A DNA stretch of 63,944 nt, counting the filler, from Lama guanicoe (lineage: Eukaryota), in assembly GCA_013239625.1 (NCBI GenBank). It is 74 parts of 73 records of this genome, joined end to end, with 100 filler letters (N's around TTAATTAATTAA, not from the genome) between each part and the next. Parts side by side here need not be neighbours in the genome. Positions count along the whole stretch, not along the records: positions 61,365 to 62,324 come from MU055738.1; positions 62,425 to 62,946 come from PNXV01015992.1; positions 63,047 to 63,944 come from PNXV01015993.1; 71 more parts are not named here. One strand, written 5' to 3'. Numbering within the stretch: position 1 is the stretch's first letter; each line of letters opens with the position of its first letter. The translations under genes and the position numbers were made by a program. Under the pieces are notes generated by a model. That model was not told the DNA's origin and did no database searches. It was given only the letters and a program-made list of their open reading frames with translations. Positions 61,365 to 63,944 of the stretch are shown in pieces.

Positions 61365-62324
61365 TTGGTGAAGAAAAGCTTTCAGACGCACATATCACTC
61401 AGAACTGAGCATGAGAAGAGATGTTCGTTAATCCAGCACAAACGGAATGGGTTCCTGGAGAAACAATTTCTCTGGTTTCTCAGATGGCTTCCTAGTTGCG
61501 GTTTGAATTTCCTGAGTTTCACTATAAAACCGAGTTGGAGCTTGTACACCCACATATATATGTATTTAGTGGAGTTTACACCTGAAAATTATATTTGTGT
61601 TCCATCAAGCTAGGGGAAGGACGGCTTTCACACACTTANNNNNNNNNNNNNNNNNNNNNNNNNNNNNNNNNNNNNNNNNNNNNNNNNNNNNNNNNNNNNN
61701 NNNNNNNNNNNNNNNNNNNNNNNNNNNNNNNNNNNNNNNNNNNNNNNNNNNNNNNNNNNNNNNNNNNNNNNNNNNNNNNAAAATTTATCTTACATATGTA
61801 TGTAGTGGAGCTGGCAACTGAAAAGAAACTTTGTGTTCCCTTCAAGCTTGGTGAAGGAAAGAATTCACTCGCACATATCACTCAGAACTGCCCATGTGAA
61901 GAGACGTTCGTTCATCCGGCACAAAAGGAATGGGTTCCTGGAGAAACAATTAGTCTTTTTTCTCAGATGGCTTTGTAGTTTCGGTTTGAATTTCCTGAGT
62001 TTCACTGTAAAACAGAATTGGAGCTGGTACACCACAATATATATGAATTTATTGGAGTTTTCAACTGAAAAATTTCTTTGTGTTCCATCAAGCTAGGGGA
62101 AGGACAGATTTCACACAATTATCTCTCCAAACAGGCCATGTGGAGTGACGTTCGTTCATACAGCACAAAGGGAATTTTTGCAGGAGAAACCTTCACTCCA
62201 GTTTCTCAGTCGGTTTCCAAGTGCCGGTTTGAAGTTCCTGCAGCTTTCACTGTGAGCCCAAGTTTAAGCTTGTAACTCCCCATGTATATGTATGTATTGG
62301 AGTTGGCAACTGAAAAGAAGCTTG
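61365..62324 (+). repeat. Satellite family D, diverged ~244-bp variant
   Basis: gacgttcgttcat anchors at about 61913 and 62157; homologous to 29284-30533. Confidence 0.9.
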
Positions 62325-62609
62325 NNNNNNNNNNNNNNNNNNNNNNNNNNNNNNNNNNNNNNNNNNNNTTAATTAATTAANNNNNNNNNNNNNNNNNNNN
62401 NNNNNNNNNNNNNNNNNNNNNNNNAAGTGTCTCATTTCTCACTTCCACATAGGTGTTCAGGTAGCTTAACTTGTTTTATAACACAGGGCGGGGAATAGTT
62501 GTGGATAGATTTATTTAGCAAATATAAACCTAGGGTATTTGCTGTGAAGGAATTCTAGAGATAAGAAGATTGATATATAGTCCCACCCATAAGAAACTCA
62601 GCCTTTCCA

Positions 62610-62946
62610 TCTACAACAGCATTAAAAATAAAATGAGAGATACATTTAACAAAAATTTACAAGATTTGTACATTGAAAATTAGAAGTATCACCAAAATAA
62701 ATTTTAAAAGATCTACTTATATGGAAGACATCCCATTTTCATGGAAATAAATGGAAATATATATTATTAAAAATGTTAAGACTCCTCAAAGTGATCTACA
62801 TATTCAGTGGAATCCCTATCAAAATTCCAGCTGACTTCTTTGCAAAAATTGGCCAACTGATCCCAAAATTCATATGGACGTGCAAGGGGCCCAGGATAGT
62901 CAAAACAACCTTGAAAAAGAAGAGCAGAGTTGGAGGACTCTCTTTA
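62610..62946 (+). mobile_element. Old LINE-1 ORF2 fragment
   Basis: KVIYIFSGIPIKIPADFF..LIPKFIWTCKGPRIVKTTLKKKSRVGGL. Confidence 0.88.
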
Positions 62947-63944
62947 NNNNNNNNNNNNNNNNNNNNNNNNNNNNNNNNNNNNNNNNNNNNTTAATTAATT
63001 AANNNNNNNNNNNNNNNNNNNNNNNNNNNNNNNNNNNNNNNNNNNNGGTAGGGGAATGTAAATTGCTTGGGGTCCATCAAAACATGGCAGGTGACCCAAG
63101 ATGCCCCATGTGACATTGTACAAGCTAGACAATTTGTCACTAGAAACCTCTTTTCATTTTTGAGTGTGTCTTTGTTTGGAATCTTATTGTTGAATTATCA
63201 TATTTTATAGTGCATTCAGTATGCATTTATGTAAAAAATAAACATTATTCTGTAAAAAATTTTTTCTGAGAAGAGATTAAAAAAAGTTTAAGAGCTTTGT
63301 AGCCGGAAAGCATAAACTGAACAGTCCTATGTCAGGAAGGTCTACAACCTTCTCCTGGTTTTACCTTCTTTTCTTCCTTATCAGAGTCTCTGCCTTTTCT
63401 TTTCATTTTTTACACCCATGGGGAAATGTCTGTCTCTTTATCAAGGTCAAATTTAAATGTCAGCACATTGTGAGGCTGGTCTCACCTTCAGTTCTGTCTT
63501 TCTTTTGTCAATCTCTTCATTTCCTGCCATTCTGAATCACCTTCACATTTACTTCCTTTAGAGTAGTTTAGAAAAATCATTCCTGCAGTGTTGATAGGAT
63601 TAGAGTAATGAGATGAGGAGGCAGGAACACTAGTTAAGAGTCTGATTGCATAATCCAAGTAAGAATTGATGCTGACCTGATATAAAGTAATGTGATGGAG
63701 ATGAACAGAAAACAATAAGACAGGTATTAGGTAATATAAAATAAAAATATGAAATTAAAGAAAGTAAAGCACAAAACCAAAAAACAAAATAAAGGCAAAA
63801 ACAGAAAACCAGATGAAATAAACTAACAAAAACCCTTGATTCATCAGACTAAAGAAAAACAGTAGAATAATTTGGGTGAATGCATAATATATCACCTGAA
63901 TCAGGAAACAGTTTAGGGTGAAAAGGAACACTATTGATAATTAA

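Noticed and set aside
1080..63002. CRISPR-like array of TTAATTAATTAA repeats with variable spacers
   Set aside because: The repeat is embedded in fixed N44 padding, the spacers are 0.3-2.3 kb of mammalian DNA, and there are no cas genes. It is a synthetic linker.

Overview
This is not a contiguous locus. It is a concatenation of about 74 short (0.3-2.3 kb) unplaced scaffolds from a placental-mammal assembly. They are joined by about 73 identical artificial 100-bp spacers (N44-TTAATTAATTAA-N44), so neighbouring pieces are not genomic neighbours. A camelid such as alpaca is my best guess for the host, from the repeat content, and is unverified. Most sequence is repetitive: an AT-rich (AGAATAT)n heptamer satellite with 188-189-bp higher-order duplications, two homologous ~267-bp satellites, a ~249-bp satellite, a GC-rich ~155-bp degenerate repeat, and decayed LINE-1, MIR, MER58, MLT1 and ERV1 fragments. 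The standout is a diverged huntingtin (HTT) 5' end at 47789-48347 (- strand). It has the promoter, an intact 21-codon uORF, a perfect Kozak and an exon-1 frame. The normally near-invariant N17 carries K6N, M8A and L14H, and the polyQ is only 2 Q, so it is probably a DNA-level HTT paralog. Also notable are an 18-bp Pro/Ala/Glu minisatellite open for 231 codons, a 48-bp exon resembling MHC class I exon 7, a probable bidirectional CpG promoter, and several paralogous non-satellite scaffold pairs. Almost all listed ORFs are artefacts of repeats or N-runs. Comparisons to reference sequences are from memory; no searches were run.
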